A DNA stretch of 60,946 nt from sequence record NZ_CP048040.1. One strand, 5' to 3'. The first letter of the stretch is position 1, and each line of letters opens with the position of its first letter. Positions 58,428-60,946 of the stretch are shown piece after piece. Source of the DNA: a plasmid. The translations under genes were made by a program, and so were the position numbers. The notes below the pieces were generated by a model. The model did no database searches. It saw nothing but the letters and a program-made list of their open reading frames with translations, and was not told where the DNA came from.

Positions 58428-58884
58428 ATGGGACTGATGACGCATTGCCGATAAACCGGCGCGCTCGGCGGCGTCGTTTCCGCGATGGGCTGCGCCGCCG
58501 CCGCTCCAGCCCTCGCCAGCCGGCGCGGCCATCGGGCTGGGCTGAGCCAGTACGAGGGACTGTTCATCAAACCGCCTGCCGCTGTTTGCCGCGCTGGCCT
58601 TCGGCGAACGCGCTGGGTTAGTTCAGTCATCGGCAATGGCTGCGCAGTCGCCCCGCCGGCATGTCGGCCCGGCCATCGTGTTTGCGGCCGCGGTCTGGCT
58701 GCTCGGCAACTGGTGGACGGCGAACCTGATGGCCGTCGGCCTGGCCTTGACCAGTTGGGGTGTCGTCTGGGACTTCGTGTCGCCGGCGCATCGCCGTTGT
58801 TGCGGACCGGACGGCTGCAGGCTTTCCCGCCAAGCGCTTGTGAAAGACGGCTGGCCATTGCGACACGGCAGCCCACACGAATAA
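58428..58884 (+). pseudogene. merC: merC, frameshifted
   Basis: MGLMTRIADK start; GPAIVFAAAVWLLGNWWTANLM...WDFVSPAHRRC in other frames. Confidence 0.65.
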
Positions 58885-58895
58885 GGAACGATGGT

Positions 58896-60946
<2,051 letters not shown>

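Overview
The window reads as a complete circular mosaic plasmid of 60,946 bp. Its last and first bases join inside merE, apart from a 6-bp deletion relative to merE as I recall it. The main blocks are as follows.

(1) A decayed Tn501/Tn21-family mercury transposon spans the linearisation point. It runs from IRmer (57235-57272) through merR-T-P-C-A-D-E and a urf2(EAL)-tnpA fusion to IRtnp (3029-3066). It is flanked by a 5-bp AAACA target duplication and sits inside a small P-loop NTPase gene. Every gene in it is frameshifted.

(2) The backbone runs from 3.1 to 36.4 kb with about 45-50% GC. It carries an H-NS-like gene, a KfrA-like gene, two orphan DNA methyltransferases and a DUF1778 antitoxin module. 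It also has parA-parB plus a winged-helix gene with a histone-H1-like tail, a MOBH-type relaxase (traI) and a T4CP (traD). An F-type traL-E-K-B-V-pilin block is cut short by IS26.

(3) An 8.9-kb segment is bounded by two direct, divergent and frameshifted IS26 copies. It holds an Acinetobacter-type Rep_3 replicon with 22-bp iterons, aphA6 abutting a 5'-truncated parE/relE remnant, and a second inverted tnpA remnant. An intact IS4321/IS5075-like IS1111-family element of exactly 1327 bp sits at the canonical position in that copy's 38-bp IR.

(4) A second replication module has a candidate Rep (47415-48506), two DnaA boxes and about 20 direct copies of a 22-bp iteron (ACATATAGGTTTNNTGCAGAGTT). 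The iterons form two clusters flanking a G-depleted CA-rich tract.

(5) The remainder holds a RES-Xre toxin-antitoxin pair, umuDC with an SOS box, and a tyrosine recombinase with a candidate 13-6-13 target site 50 kb away.

Two dispersed operator families suggest an IncP-like KorA/KorB-style global regulon. One is the 14-bp palindrome TTTCGCATGCGAAA (five copies). The other is an 18-bp near-palindrome ATGATACTATAGCATCAT (four copies). The most novel protein-level candidate is an operon pairing an unknown protein with a membrane-anchored RecB-like PD-(D/E)xK nuclease.
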